A stretch of DNA of 64,000 bases from an uncultured Candidatus Saccharibacteria bacterium. Lineage in GTDB: Bacteria; Patescibacteriota; Saccharimonadia; Saccharimonadales; Saccharimonadaceae. Location: NCBI GenBank assembly GCA_947253285.1, contig CAMXXV010000001.1:50581-114580 (forward strand), read 5' to 3'. Positions 18,410 through 26,940 of the stretch are shown piece after piece (within the stretch, counting starts at the first letter, position 1; each line of letters opens with the position of its first letter). The translations under genes and the position numbers were made by a program. The notes beneath the pieces are model-generated. The model was not told the DNA's origin and made no database searches. It was given only the letters and a program-made list of their open reading frames with translations.

Positions 18410-18547
18410 TTGTTCCTCCTTTATTTATTAACACTACGAAGAAGCAATACGAAGATAACAGTCGATTACTTCCTCGATTGAATTAATAAAAAATACCCCA
18501 TTTCAGGGGTAGAAGATAGATTGAACTTGGCTTAAGCGTTGTGTTTT

Positions 18548-18576
18548 TTGACTAAAACAATAAAGTATGGTAATGT
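18548..18576 (+). promoter_or_regulatory. Sigma70-type promoter of the putative large ncRNA
   Basis: TTGACT (18548-53), 17 nt, TAATGT (18571-76), with an extended -10 TG. Confidence 0.55.
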
Positions 18577-18580
18577 AAAA

Positions 18581-18861
18581 GTGTCTCAATTCCTGTTCTA
18601 GGAGCGAGATGTAAAGTGAAAACAATTTAGCCTGCAATGGCGCAGGCTATGTCTACTTAGTAGCAAGCACTCTCCGAGTTGTAGGCATGTGCTATATACC
18701 CGATTGGCTGAGTCTCCTCCACGTTCACTCCAAGGATTGATTCGCTAATTGCGCTACTATGATTATTTTTACGTGAGCTGTTTATGATTTGCTCTCACAG
18801 TAAAAATATTTAAGGTATACCCCCCCTCTCTAACGGAGCTCTAGAGAGGGCTTTTCTTTTT
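18581..18861 (+). ncRNA. Putative ~280-nt highly structured ncRNA, family not recognised
   Basis: No ORF called here. Multiple stems with G-U pairs on +, a closing helix, two possible pseudoknots, and a 3' terminator CCCTCTCTA/TAGAGAGGG plus U-tract. Confidence 0.65.
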
Positions 18862-18969
18862 GATATTTTATTATATAAGATGTTGATTTTGCTATTGCGT
18901 TATTAGGCAATATAGAGTAAAATAATATTTAAGCCGTCATTAAGAGTTAAAAAGGACGAAGAGGAAGAA

Positions 18970-19311
18970 ATGTTAACTATCCGTTTACAACGATTAGGTA
19001 AGGCGCATTATGCGACTTATCGCATTGTAGTACAAGATTCACATAGCCATCCAACTAGTGGTAAGGTTGTGAGCTATTTAGGCTCTTACAATCCTCATAC
19101 TAAGGCTGTTGAATTAAACAAGGATGATGCTAACAAGTTTCTATCAAATGGTGCGCAGCCAACTACTCGTGTTGCCGCTTTATTTGAGAAGGAAGGTGTT
19201 GCATTACCTAGCTGGGTGAAGAAATTTAGCGCTGCACAAAAGGGCGCTGTTCGTAATCCAGAAAAGCTACGTAAGAATCAGCCTAAAGAGGCTGAAGCTG
19301 TCGAAGCTTAG
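18970..19311 (+). CDS. rpsP: 30S ribosomal protein S16
   Basis: MLTIRLQRLGK...YRIVVQDS...LGSYNP...GAQPT. Confidence 0.97.
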   Translation: MLTIRLQRLGKAHYATYRIVVQDSHSHPTSGKVVSYLGSYNPHTKAVELNKDDANKFLSNGAQPTTRVAALFEKEGVALPSWVKKFSAAQKGAVRNPEKLRKNQPKEAEAVEA

Positions 19312-19398
19312 ATAAATTGCCACTCATCTGGCTAGTAGCTTGGTGAGTGGCCAGAGTTGTTTTTGTATCATATTAATATTAATGAAAGAAGTGGGAGT

Positions 19399-19779
19399 AT
19401 GATTGAAAAAGATTTTATCAAATACATCACAGAACAGATTGTAGAAAATCCGAAAGACGTTAGAATAGAGCGCGTTACCGATGAATCTGGCGTATTGCTT
19501 AAGCTTTGGGTTAACAAGGCTGATTTGGGGCGCATTATTGGTTCTCATGGTGATACTGCTGTAGCGTTACGGACTTTATTGCGCGCGTTAGGCACTAAGA
19601 ATAGTGAACACTATTATCTTAAAATTATTAATACCGATGAGATTGATGATTCTACTGAGCAGAAGAATGATGACAAGCCGGCTGTGGAAAATAATTCCTC
19701 TGAAAATGTGGAAAACACTGATGACCGCCTAAAAAATCTCAAAAAAGGTATTGCGGAAATCAACGACCTTGATATATAA
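19399..19779 (+). CDS. khpA: KH-domain RNA-binding protein KhpA
   Basis: DLGRIIGSHG..ALRTLL motif; canonical position after rpsP; GGGAG SD. Confidence 0.88.
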   Translation: MIEKDFIKYITEQIVENPKDVRIERVTDESGVLLKLWVNKADLGRIIGSHGDTAVALRTLLRALGTKNSEHYYLKIINTDEIDDSTEQKNDDKPAVENNSSENVENTDDRLKNLKKGIAEINDLDI

Positions 19780-19895
19780 TTATATCAGTTCGAAGTTGTG
19801 CGCGAACTAAATAAAATAAATGCGAGATTTATTTGTGCCTGAAAGACGTCCTTGATAGAGGGGCGTCTTTTTGGTTATATGCTATAATTTTAGTA

Positions 19896-20546
19896 GTGAA
19901 GAGATTTTTAATTATTACGTTATTTCCTGAAATCATTGAACCAGTACTAAATTCATCAATGATGTGGAAAGCACAAAAAGACGGCAAAGCGGAGTTTCAA
20001 TTGCTCAATTTGCGTGATTTTGGTTTAGGCCCGCGTCACCAAGTGGATGACAAGCCATTTGGCGGGGGCGCTGGTATGCTGCTAATGATTGAGCCGCTAA
20101 GTAAGGCAATAGCTCGTGCCAAAGAAATGCTACCCGGCGCTAGAGTGTTACTGATGTCGCCAACCCCAAATATTTGGTGTCAAAAGAAGGCACAAGAGTT
20201 TGCTGAGAGTAATGATAACTATATAATCGTTTGTGGTCGTTACGAGGGCTTTGATGCGCGCGTAGAGGCGTTAATTGATGAAAAGATATCGATTGGTCGC
20301 TATGTCTTGACGGGTGGTGAGTTGCCGGCATTGTCGATTATTGATTCGGTGGTACGTTTGTTGCCGGGAGTGTTGGGCGGCGGTGCTGAGGCTACGGCGC
20401 TAGAAAGCTATTCTGATGAAGCTGAGTTTGAATATCCTCAATATACTCGCCCAGAAGTGTTTGAAGGGCAGGCAGTGCCAAAAGTGCTACTATCGGGTGA
20501 CCACGCTAAAGTATTAGCTTGGCGGCGTGAACACGAAGTAAAATAG
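19896..20546 (+). CDS. trmD: tRNA (guanine-N1)-methyltransferase
   Basis: ITLFPE, VDDKPFGGGAGM, CGRYEG, SIGRYVLTGGE, EYPQYTRP; GTG start after TGCTATAAT. Confidence 0.96.
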   Translation: MKRFLIITLFPEIIEPVLNSSMMWKAQKDGKAEFQLLNLRDFGLGPRHQVDDKPFGGGAGMLLMIEPLSKAIARAKEMLPGARVLLMSPTPNIWCQKKAQEFAESNDNYIIVCGRYEGFDARVEALIDEKISIGRYVLTGGELPALSIIDSVVRLLPGVLGGGAEATALESYSDEAEFEYPQYTRPEVFEGQAVPKVLLSGDHAKVLAWRREHEVK

Positions 20547-20597
20547 ATGATTTATTAAAATAAAATAGAACACTATGTGAGTGTTCTATTTTTAATA

Positions 20598-20713
20598 CAA
20601 AGAAGAGCCGGCAAGAGGTAGTGGCCGGCTCAAAAGAGGTGTGTGGTGGAGACAAAAGCAAAAATTCGCTCTAGAACTATTTGTTTCAAGTTTTTTGTTT
20701 GAACTTTTGCTTG
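20598..20713 (-). ncRNA. Putative small RNA with CU-rich single-stranded segments
   Basis: TTGCAA-17-TAATAT promoter on - (20747-20719), 12-bp 5' stem, UCUCCACCACACACCUC linker, and a GAGCCGGC/GCCGGCUC terminator plus U-rich tail. Confidence 0.55.
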
Positions 20714-20777
20714 TTATTATATTAACACATGCACTATACGGTTGCAATAGTATTTTGCACTTTTTACAACAATTTTT

Positions 20778-22865
20778 TTAATGAATTACGATTAGGTAAA
20801 TTGCCGAGAATAAAATGAACAATGTAACTGGTGAAATGGCTGCTATGATGTCGCGTTTACCCAGCTTTATTGTACGCAATGTAGTAGAATTTATAACAAC
20901 CGCAACTGATGATAGCGCCATAATCAAGCTAGCTAGCTCGGGATGCATCTGAACACCAAATGGTGCCAATGCGCCAGCGGCGATTGGCATGCTAATGAGG
21001 TTATAGAATATAGCAAAAAAGATATTTTGGTATGATTTACTATTGGTGGCCTTAGCGAGATGGATGGCATGGCAGATATCGAGTGGGTCTCCCGAAGCCA
21101 ATACGATGTCACCCGCCTCAATAGCGATATCGGCTCCAGTGCCAATGGCTAAGCCAACATCTGCTGTAGCGATAGCTGGCGCATCATTAACGCCGTCGCC
21201 CAACATAGCAATACATTTACCTTCCTGTTGAAGAGAAATGATTGTGTCAACTTTTCCTTCTGGTGTGATATTTGAAATCACTTTTTTAATTCCTAAGCGG
21301 TTTGCTATAGCCTTTGCTGTGCCCGAATTGTCGCCCGATAACAAGTAAGTATCGATGCCCATCTTATGCAACATACGGATTGTGTGAGCCGAGGTAGGTT
21401 TTGGCTGGTCGGAAATAGCAAAATATGCAATTAATTCATTATTAGTAGATAGATAGCAAACATGCTTGCCCGATTTATGCAGTCTACTAGTGTCGGGCAA
21501 CTCGCCGCGAAGATGTTTTGTGGCTAAGGTGGAATTACCGACAAAGTATTTTTTGCCATTAATTTTACCGCAGACACCTTGGCCATTAATAACATTGAAG
21601 CCGGATACTGGTAATAATTTTAGACGACTATGTTCAGCGCGTTTGACGATAGCTTGGCTTAATGCGTAGTTACTATTTTCTTCTAAGCTAGCGGCGATTT
21701 GTAGAGCTACTTTGCTGCTGCCTTGCAGCGCTACGATATCGGTAACGGTTGGTTTACCTTCAGTTAAGGTGCCAGTTTTATCGAATACAATGGTATCAAC
21801 TTTAGCCAGTTTTTGAAATGATAGGGCATTCTTGACAAAAATGTTGAATTTGGCAGCACGATCAATGCCGGTAGTTAAGGCTGTGGGTACGGCTAATCCA
21901 AAGGCACATGGGCAGGCAATCATCAATACCGAGATGAAGGCGATGAGTGCAGTCGAAAGAGCTGAGTTGAGGATATAGAACCAAATGACGAATGTTATGA
22001 GGGCAAAGGTAATAATGAATGGTACGAATATTGTTGAAATACGGTCCGAAATATTAGTTGATGTTTGGTGCGACGAGCGTGCATTTTGCATTATATCTAC
22101 AATGCGCGACAATGTACTATCGCCTTCGCTAGAATCGGCAATAATTTCAATCTGACCTTGGCCATTAATGGTGCCACCAACAACACTATCGCCAAGCTTT
22201 TTATCTACGGCGATACTTTCACCAGTAATCATTGATTCATCTACACTAGTAACGCCACGGGCAACTACGCCATCTGCTGGGATGATTTCGTTTGGCAGAA
22301 TTAAGATACGGTCGCCCGGTTGAATGCGGCGAGCTGGAATATCGGAGTGGTTGCCACTGTTGATTAAATGTGCGCGACGTGGGCGGAGGCGTAATAGCTT
22401 GCGAACGCTTTGGCTGGTGTAGTGTGTGGCGCGAGCTTCGACATATTTACCGAGGGTAACAAAGAGAAAGAGAAATACTACAGTTTCAAAATAGAGGTGT
22501 GGTGTGGTGAATGAGTAGTTCATGAAGATGCTGCGTTGATTAACGATATATGTCAGATAAGATACCCATGAATAAACATAGGCGGTGGCTGTGCCGATAA
22601 ATATGATGCTATCCATGTTAAATAGACGCTGCCGTAAGCCGCGAATCATATTGTGAAAGAAACTAGATCCTAAATATACAATGGCAATAGTGGCAATAAT
22701 AAATGATGCTGGGGCGGTGTATGGTTTAAGCTCCTGTGCAAACGGCACATTATTGCCAAACAAGTCAATTGTTAAAAAATAAATAAATGGTATCGTTAAT
22801 ATAATGGCTAAAATAAGCCGATCGCGCCACAGTTTGACGCTGCTAATTCTAATATTATTAGACAT
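20778..22865 (-). CDS. P1B-type heavy-metal (Cu+-type) transporting ATPase without an N-terminal metal-binding domain
   Basis: TGES, CPC, DKTGT, GDGVND, YN and MxxSS motifs. Confidence 0.92.
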   Translation of the reverse strand: MSNNIRISSVKLWRDRLILAIILTIPFIYFLTIDLFGNNVPFAQELKPYTAPASFIIATIAIVYLGSSFFHNMIRGLRQRLFNMDSIIFIGTATAYVYSWVSYLTYIVNQRSIFMNYSFTTPHLYFETVVFLFLFVTLGKYVEARATHYTSQSVRKLLRLRPRRAHLINSGNHSDIPARRIQPGDRILILPNEIIPADGVVARGVTSVDESMITGESIAVDKKLGDSVVGGTINGQGQIEIIADSSEGDSTLSRIVDIMQNARSSHQTSTNISDRISTIFVPFIITFALITFVIWFYILNSALSTALIAFISVLMIACPCAFGLAVPTALTTGIDRAAKFNIFVKNALSFQKLAKVDTIVFDKTGTLTEGKPTVTDIVALQGSSKVALQIAASLEENSNYALSQAIVKRAEHSRLKLLPVSGFNVINGQGVCGKINGKKYFVGNSTLATKHLRGELPDTSRLHKSGKHVCYLSTNNELIAYFAISDQPKPTSAHTIRMLHKMGIDTYLLSGDNSGTAKAIANRLGIKKVISNITPEGKVDTIISLQQEGKCIAMLGDGVNDAPAIATADVGLAIGTGADIAIEAGDIVLASGDPLDICHAIHLAKATNSKSYQNIFFAIFYNLISMPIAAGALAPFGVQMHPELASLIMALSSVAVVINSTTLRTIKLGKRDIIAAISPVTLFILFSAIYLIVIH

Positions 22866-22925
22866 ACACCCCCCTCTTCAATAACTATATATAATTATAC
22901 TAAATTATTCTAAATAATGCTAATG

Positions 22926-23735
22926 CTAAAACGCTTTTATACCGATACAAGCAACAACAATGACGGCAGCAAGGATGACACGGTAATAGCCAAAAGCTTT
23001 GACGCCGCGCTTTGAGAGATAATTAAGCAAGAATTTGATGGCCGCCATGCCGAAGACGAAAGCGGCAATATTACCTAGCAATACTACTGGCCAAGCTTGG
23101 ACTAAATAGCTATGGTCGCTGACAATTAATTTTGCAACTAAAGCTAGCATTACCGGTAAAGATGCCATAAATGAGTATTCAGCAGCTGATTTGGAGTCCA
23201 ACCCCATGAATTCACCGGCAATAATAGTGGAGCCGGAGCGGGATACACCAGGAATCAGGGCACAGCATTGTGCTAGGCCAATAACGAGGGCGCGCAGCGG
23301 AGTTAGATTGTGGCCGTTAGCTACCTTCGACCGATGTGGTAATTTATCAAGAATAATCATTAAAAATCCTACTAGACCCATTGCAATTGCTACTACTGTG
23401 GCTGAAGTGAAGAAATTGGAGTGTTCGATTAATTTGTGAAGCAATAGGCCAACTAGGCACACCGGAAAGGCGGTAATAATAAGGTTGCGGAATAGTTTGT
23501 AGTCGTGTTTAATAAATACCTGCCGAAAGAGGTCGGCGATGCGATGTCGAAAGAAGATAATTAGCGCTAGGACGGTGCCAAAATCGAGTGCTTGTACTAA
23601 AAGATGGAGGTTGTTGTGGTCGCGAAAAACGTCGCCTAGTACAATAAGATGACCCGAAGATGAGACTGGGATGAATTCAGTTAAGCCTTGGACGGCGCCG
23701 AGAATAAGTGTTTCAATAAAAGTAATGATATCCAT
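22926..23735 (-). CDS. uppP: Undecaprenyl-diphosphate phosphatase
   Basis: QGLTEFIPVSSSGH and PGVSRSGSTI motifs. Confidence 0.96.
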   Translation of the reverse strand: MDIITFIETLILGAVQGLTEFIPVSSSGHLIVLGDVFRDHNNLHLLVQALDFGTVLALIIFFRHRIADLFRQVFIKHDYKLFRNLIITAFPVCLVGLLLHKLIEHSNFFTSATVVAIAMGLVGFLMIILDKLPHRSKVANGHNLTPLRALVIGLAQCCALIPGVSRSGSTIIAGEFMGLDSKSAAEYSFMASLPVMLALVAKLIVSDHSYLVQAWPVVLLGNIAAFVFGMAAIKFLLNYLSKRGVKAFGYYRVILAAVIVVACIGIKAF

Positions 23736-24370
23736 TAATTATCCTTATGTAATTCTATTGGTTTAACTTCAGCTTCAATTGCATTAGCTTCACGTGGGTT
23801 GGTGATTGGTTTGATTAATTTTAGCGCGGTACGGCGAATCTGGTACAAATAGTAGGCAGATAAGATGCCATGCCCAAAAATATAAAGCCCGACGAGCCAA
23901 ATCATAGCATCGGCAGTTAATTGGGGTAGAAATAATGCGGTTGCACCAAAAATTAAGCCAGCGATGCCAAGAATTAACATGTTGAGACGATTTTGGTCTG
24001 GGTTAGAGTAGCTAGCGGTAATGATATCGAAAAAGGATTGTAAAATAATAAATACGGCCAGCAAAATGCCAATGGCGACATGCAATATAGCAGGGGCGAT
24101 TAAAATATATAATCCACCGACAATACCAATTATTGACCATAGAGAAGGTAGCCACCAGAGTGGACGAAGCTTGGGCTGGTTGATACTACGGGCTAGTGTA
24201 AAAATGGAAGCAGCTATTACACAGAAGGCGATAAAATAAATAAGTACATTGAGAATATAATGTGGCCATAGCAGGATAGCACCACCAAACAGAATACCTA
24301 CTACACTGCTGGCTAGTGCTAGCCACCAGATGCTATTGAGAGTGTCGCCAAGTTGTTTAAATGATATCAT
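23735..24370 (-). CDS. HdeD/DUF308-like membrane protein
   Basis: Six short TM helices with repeated G...LxxP pattern. Confidence 0.7.
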   Translation of the reverse strand: MISFKQLGDTLNSIWWLALASSVVGILFGGAILLWPHYILNVLIYFIAFCVIAASIFTLARSINQPKLRPLWWLPSLWSIIGIVGGLYILIAPAILHVAIGILLAVFIILQSFFDIITASYSNPDQNRLNMLILGIAGLIFGATALFLPQLTADAMIWLVGLYIFGHGILSAYYLYQIRRTALKLIKPITNPREANAIEAEVKPIELHKDN

Positions 24371-24437
24371 AAAATTCCTTGTATCTATTTTAGCGCTTAA
24401 GCCATAATAATGCCATAGGTATGCTAAAATATGTTAT

Positions 24438-26075
24438 ATGTTACTTCAGGTGGCGGTCAGTGAAAAATCTTTTGGCGTAAAGCAGCTTTATACTAATGTA
24501 AAGTTTACGCTTGAGTCCGGCGAAAAAGTCGGCTTGATTGGCCGTAACGGTATTGGCAAGTCGACACTGTTTGGAATCATTGCCGGTGAAGATAATGACT
24601 ATACTGGTCAGATTATTTTGCGTAAGGGTGCTTCGTTAGTATCAACGGCGCAGGAATATGACAAGGTACGCGATTTAACGGCGACGGAGTATATTTTAGC
24701 TGGGCTACCGCATTATGCTAGTTTGTCACGAACATTGCGTGAGTTTCCGCTACTTGAAAATCCAACAGATAAACAGATTGAGCGCTATAGTGCGGCGCTT
24801 GATGAATTTGGCGAGCGTGGGTATTACAATATTCAGGGTGAAGTTGAAGAGGAGCTGAAGAAGTTCCAGCTTGATAGCGTAATGGAGCAGCCATTTAAGA
24901 GCTTATCAGGTGGTCAAAAGCGCCTTAGTGAAGTGATTAAAATTATGCATGCAAAGGCAGATTTGGCGCTGATTGACGAGCCGACTAACTTTATGGACTA
25001 TGTGGCTAAGGAGCAATTTATTAATTGGTTGGTGGCGGCGCCGGAAGCGATGTTGATTATTACGCATGACCGCGATGTCTTGCAGCATGTTGACCGTATT
25101 ATTGAGATAAAGGATGGCATGTCGGTAAGCTACAAAGGTAATTATGACGATTATATTCGGCAGAATTTACATGGCACCGCCACGGCAATGCAAGATTACG
25201 AGCAGGTCGAGAAGCGAATGAAAAATTTGCAACAAAAGGTGACTGATTATAAGCGATTAAAGGAGAAGGCACGCAATCCGGCGACAATCCATCAGTTTAA
25301 GCGGCTTGAGGAGAATGCTCGCGCTGAATTAGATGAGTTGTCAAATAAAGAGCGGCCGAGTTTTTGGATTGACCGTGAGTCTTTGGCGCAAGTTGGTTAT
25401 AAAGATGCCGACCGTTATGCGAAATATCAGGCAAAAAACATTAAAGTGTCAATGAAAGGTGAGAAATTGCGGAGTGAGCGCCCGCTCGTGCAGGCGATTG
25501 ATTTGGCGGTGGGCTATCAGGCGCCAATTTTGGAGCACATTAATTTTGCGTTGCGGAGTGGCGAGTGTCTTGAGCTGCGTGGTCGTAATGGCGTGGGCAA
25601 GAGTACGTTACTTAAGGCCATATTGGGGCTTGCGGGACCAAAAATCTTTGCGGGCGAGGCGCATCTAGACGGCCAGATTCGCATTGGTATTTACGAACAG
25701 GAAGAAGGCGGGCAGTATGCTGGGTTGACTTTAAAAGCGGCGATTGAACAAATTTATCTCAAGCGTGATTTGCCAATTAGTGATACTAAAATTCGGCAGT
25801 TACTCAGCAATTATTTGTTTACTGAGGGTGATGGTAATATGTTGGTTGATAATTTATCTGGTGGCCAGAAGGCGCGGCTGCAAATTATCCGTATGCTTGC
25901 CAATAATCCGGATTTAATTATTTTAGACGAGCCGACCTCGCACCTTGATTTGCCAAGCATCGAAGAGCTGGAGCAGGCGCTAGCGGGTTACGCAGGGGCT
26001 ATTATTTATATCTCGCATGATAATTATTTTCGGCGTAAGCTTGGTGGCAGCGTGCTGCAAGTTGGCGCGGCCTAA
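24438..26075 (+). CDS. ABC-F family ATPase
   Basis: Two ABC domains (GRNGIGKS/GRNGVGKS, LSGGQ x2, DEPT x2) and no TM segments. Confidence 0.93.
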   Translation: MLLQVAVSEKSFGVKQLYTNVKFTLESGEKVGLIGRNGIGKSTLFGIIAGEDNDYTGQIILRKGASLVSTAQEYDKVRDLTATEYILAGLPHYASLSRTLREFPLLENPTDKQIERYSAALDEFGERGYYNIQGEVEEELKKFQLDSVMEQPFKSLSGGQKRLSEVIKIMHAKADLALIDEPTNFMDYVAKEQFINWLVAAPEAMLIITHDRDVLQHVDRIIEIKDGMSVSYKGNYDDYIRQNLHGTATAMQDYEQVEKRMKNLQQKVTDYKRLKEKARNPATIHQFKRLEENARAELDELSNKERPSFWIDRESLAQVGYKDADRYAKYQAKNIKVSMKGEKLRSERPLVQAIDLAVGYQAPILEHINFALRSGECLELRGRNGVGKSTLLKAILGLAGPKIFAGEAHLDGQIRIGIYEQEEGGQYAGLTLKAAIEQIYLKRDLPISDTKIRQLLSNYLFTEGDGNMLVDNLSGGQKARLQIIRMLANNPDLIILDEPTSHLDLPSIEELEQALAGYAGAIIYISHDNYFRRKLGGSVLQVGAA

Positions 26076-26127
26076 ATAGCGATTGGAAACAAAAAACGCA
26101 GTTAACGAACTGCGTTTAATAATATCT

Positions 26128-26201
26128 TGGCTGGGGATGAGGGATTCGAACCCCCGATCCTGGGACCAGAACCCAGTGCCTTACCGCTTGGCCAATCCCC
26201 A
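26128..26201 (-). tRNA. tRNA-Gln (CUG)
   Basis: Reverse complement TGGGGATTGGCCAAGCGGTAAGGCA-CTGGG-TT-CTG-GT-CCCAG-GATC-GGGGGTTCGAATCCCTC-ATCCCCAGCCA; encoded CCA; upstream TTGACA-18-TATAAT. Confidence 0.97.
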
Positions 26202-26252
26202 ATAGCCAACGACAATTATTATATACCTAAGACAATTTAAATGTCAAATAAA

Positions 26253-26894
26253 TTAGGCAAGATTTTTAAAATAAGCAGTTAATTTATCGGCAAATTGGCG
26301 ATGTGTATCTTTCGTCCAGTGTAGATGGTCGGGGCCGACAGTAGCAAAGTCGGTTGGGTCGATAAAATCGACGTTGTGCTCGGCAGCAAATTTACGCATT
26401 GCGTCTGGTAACTTTTGCATTTTATGAAAGCTGTCCTCGTTAAAACATTTATTGACACTGAGGCCGGTTGCAGGGTCGATAAAACCGTCACTGGCCGGTT
26501 GCGGTGCTACGATAATCATCCGACAGTGGTATTCTTGACAGGCGCGTAAGTAGTGAACGTAGTGCTCGGCAATTTCGGTTGGACTGGCATTATTGAAAAA
26601 GCGGGTGTCATTGGTGCCAAGCATAACCACAAGATAATCTGGTCGGTGGCTATCGAGCAACGGTGTTAGTAATGTGTATCCATTGCGGCAAGGGACGCTC
26701 GGGTCTTCATCGTCAAAAATAATGGTGCGGCCCAGTTCACCTTCAGCGATAACGTGATAGTTGTCGCCCAAGTTTTGCGCTAAAATATTTGGCCAGCGGT
26801 CGGCGAAGGAGTAACGCTGGTTGGCGGCAGGGTCTTTACCCCAAGTATTACTGTCGCCGTAGCATAAAATGGTAATTGGTTCAGTTGCTTTCAT
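26253..26894 (-). CDS. SGNH/GDSL hydrolase
   Basis: YGDSNTWG, MLGTND, DHLH motifs. Confidence 0.9.
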   Translation of the reverse strand: MKATEPITILCYGDSNTWGKDPAANQRYSFADRWPNILAQNLGDNYHVIAEGELGRTIIFDDEDPSVPCRNGYTLLTPLLDSHRPDYLVVMLGTNDTRFFNNASPTEIAEHYVHYLRACQEYHCRMIIVAPQPASDGFIDPATGLSVNKCFNEDSFHKMQKLPDAMRKFAAEHNVDFIDPTDFATVGPDHLHWTKDTHRQFADKLTAYFKNLA

Positions 26895-26940
26895 TAATAA
26901 AATTATACCAGTTTATCACGCTTGTGTTAAAATTGTAGTA

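Larger units (their letters stand above)
1..18500. mobile_element. Siphovirus-like prophage, right portion (left end outside the window; right boundary approximate)
   Basis: Ordered tape measure-tail-holin-amidase on +, convergent with dCTP deaminase/nuclease/HTH/YqaJ/ssDNA-annealing genes on -. Host gene rpsP begins at 18970. Confidence 0.92.

Noticed and set aside
18700..18735. tmRNA 3' end (CTCCTCCAC) as an integration target
   Set aside because: No T-arm (GTTCGA/GACTC stem) or CCA, and no tmRNA-like 5' end or tag frame was recognised.
20640..20660. tRNA/tmRNA fragment (CTCCACCA on -)
   Set aside because: No preceding T-arm; better explained as the C-rich linker of the sRNA candidate.
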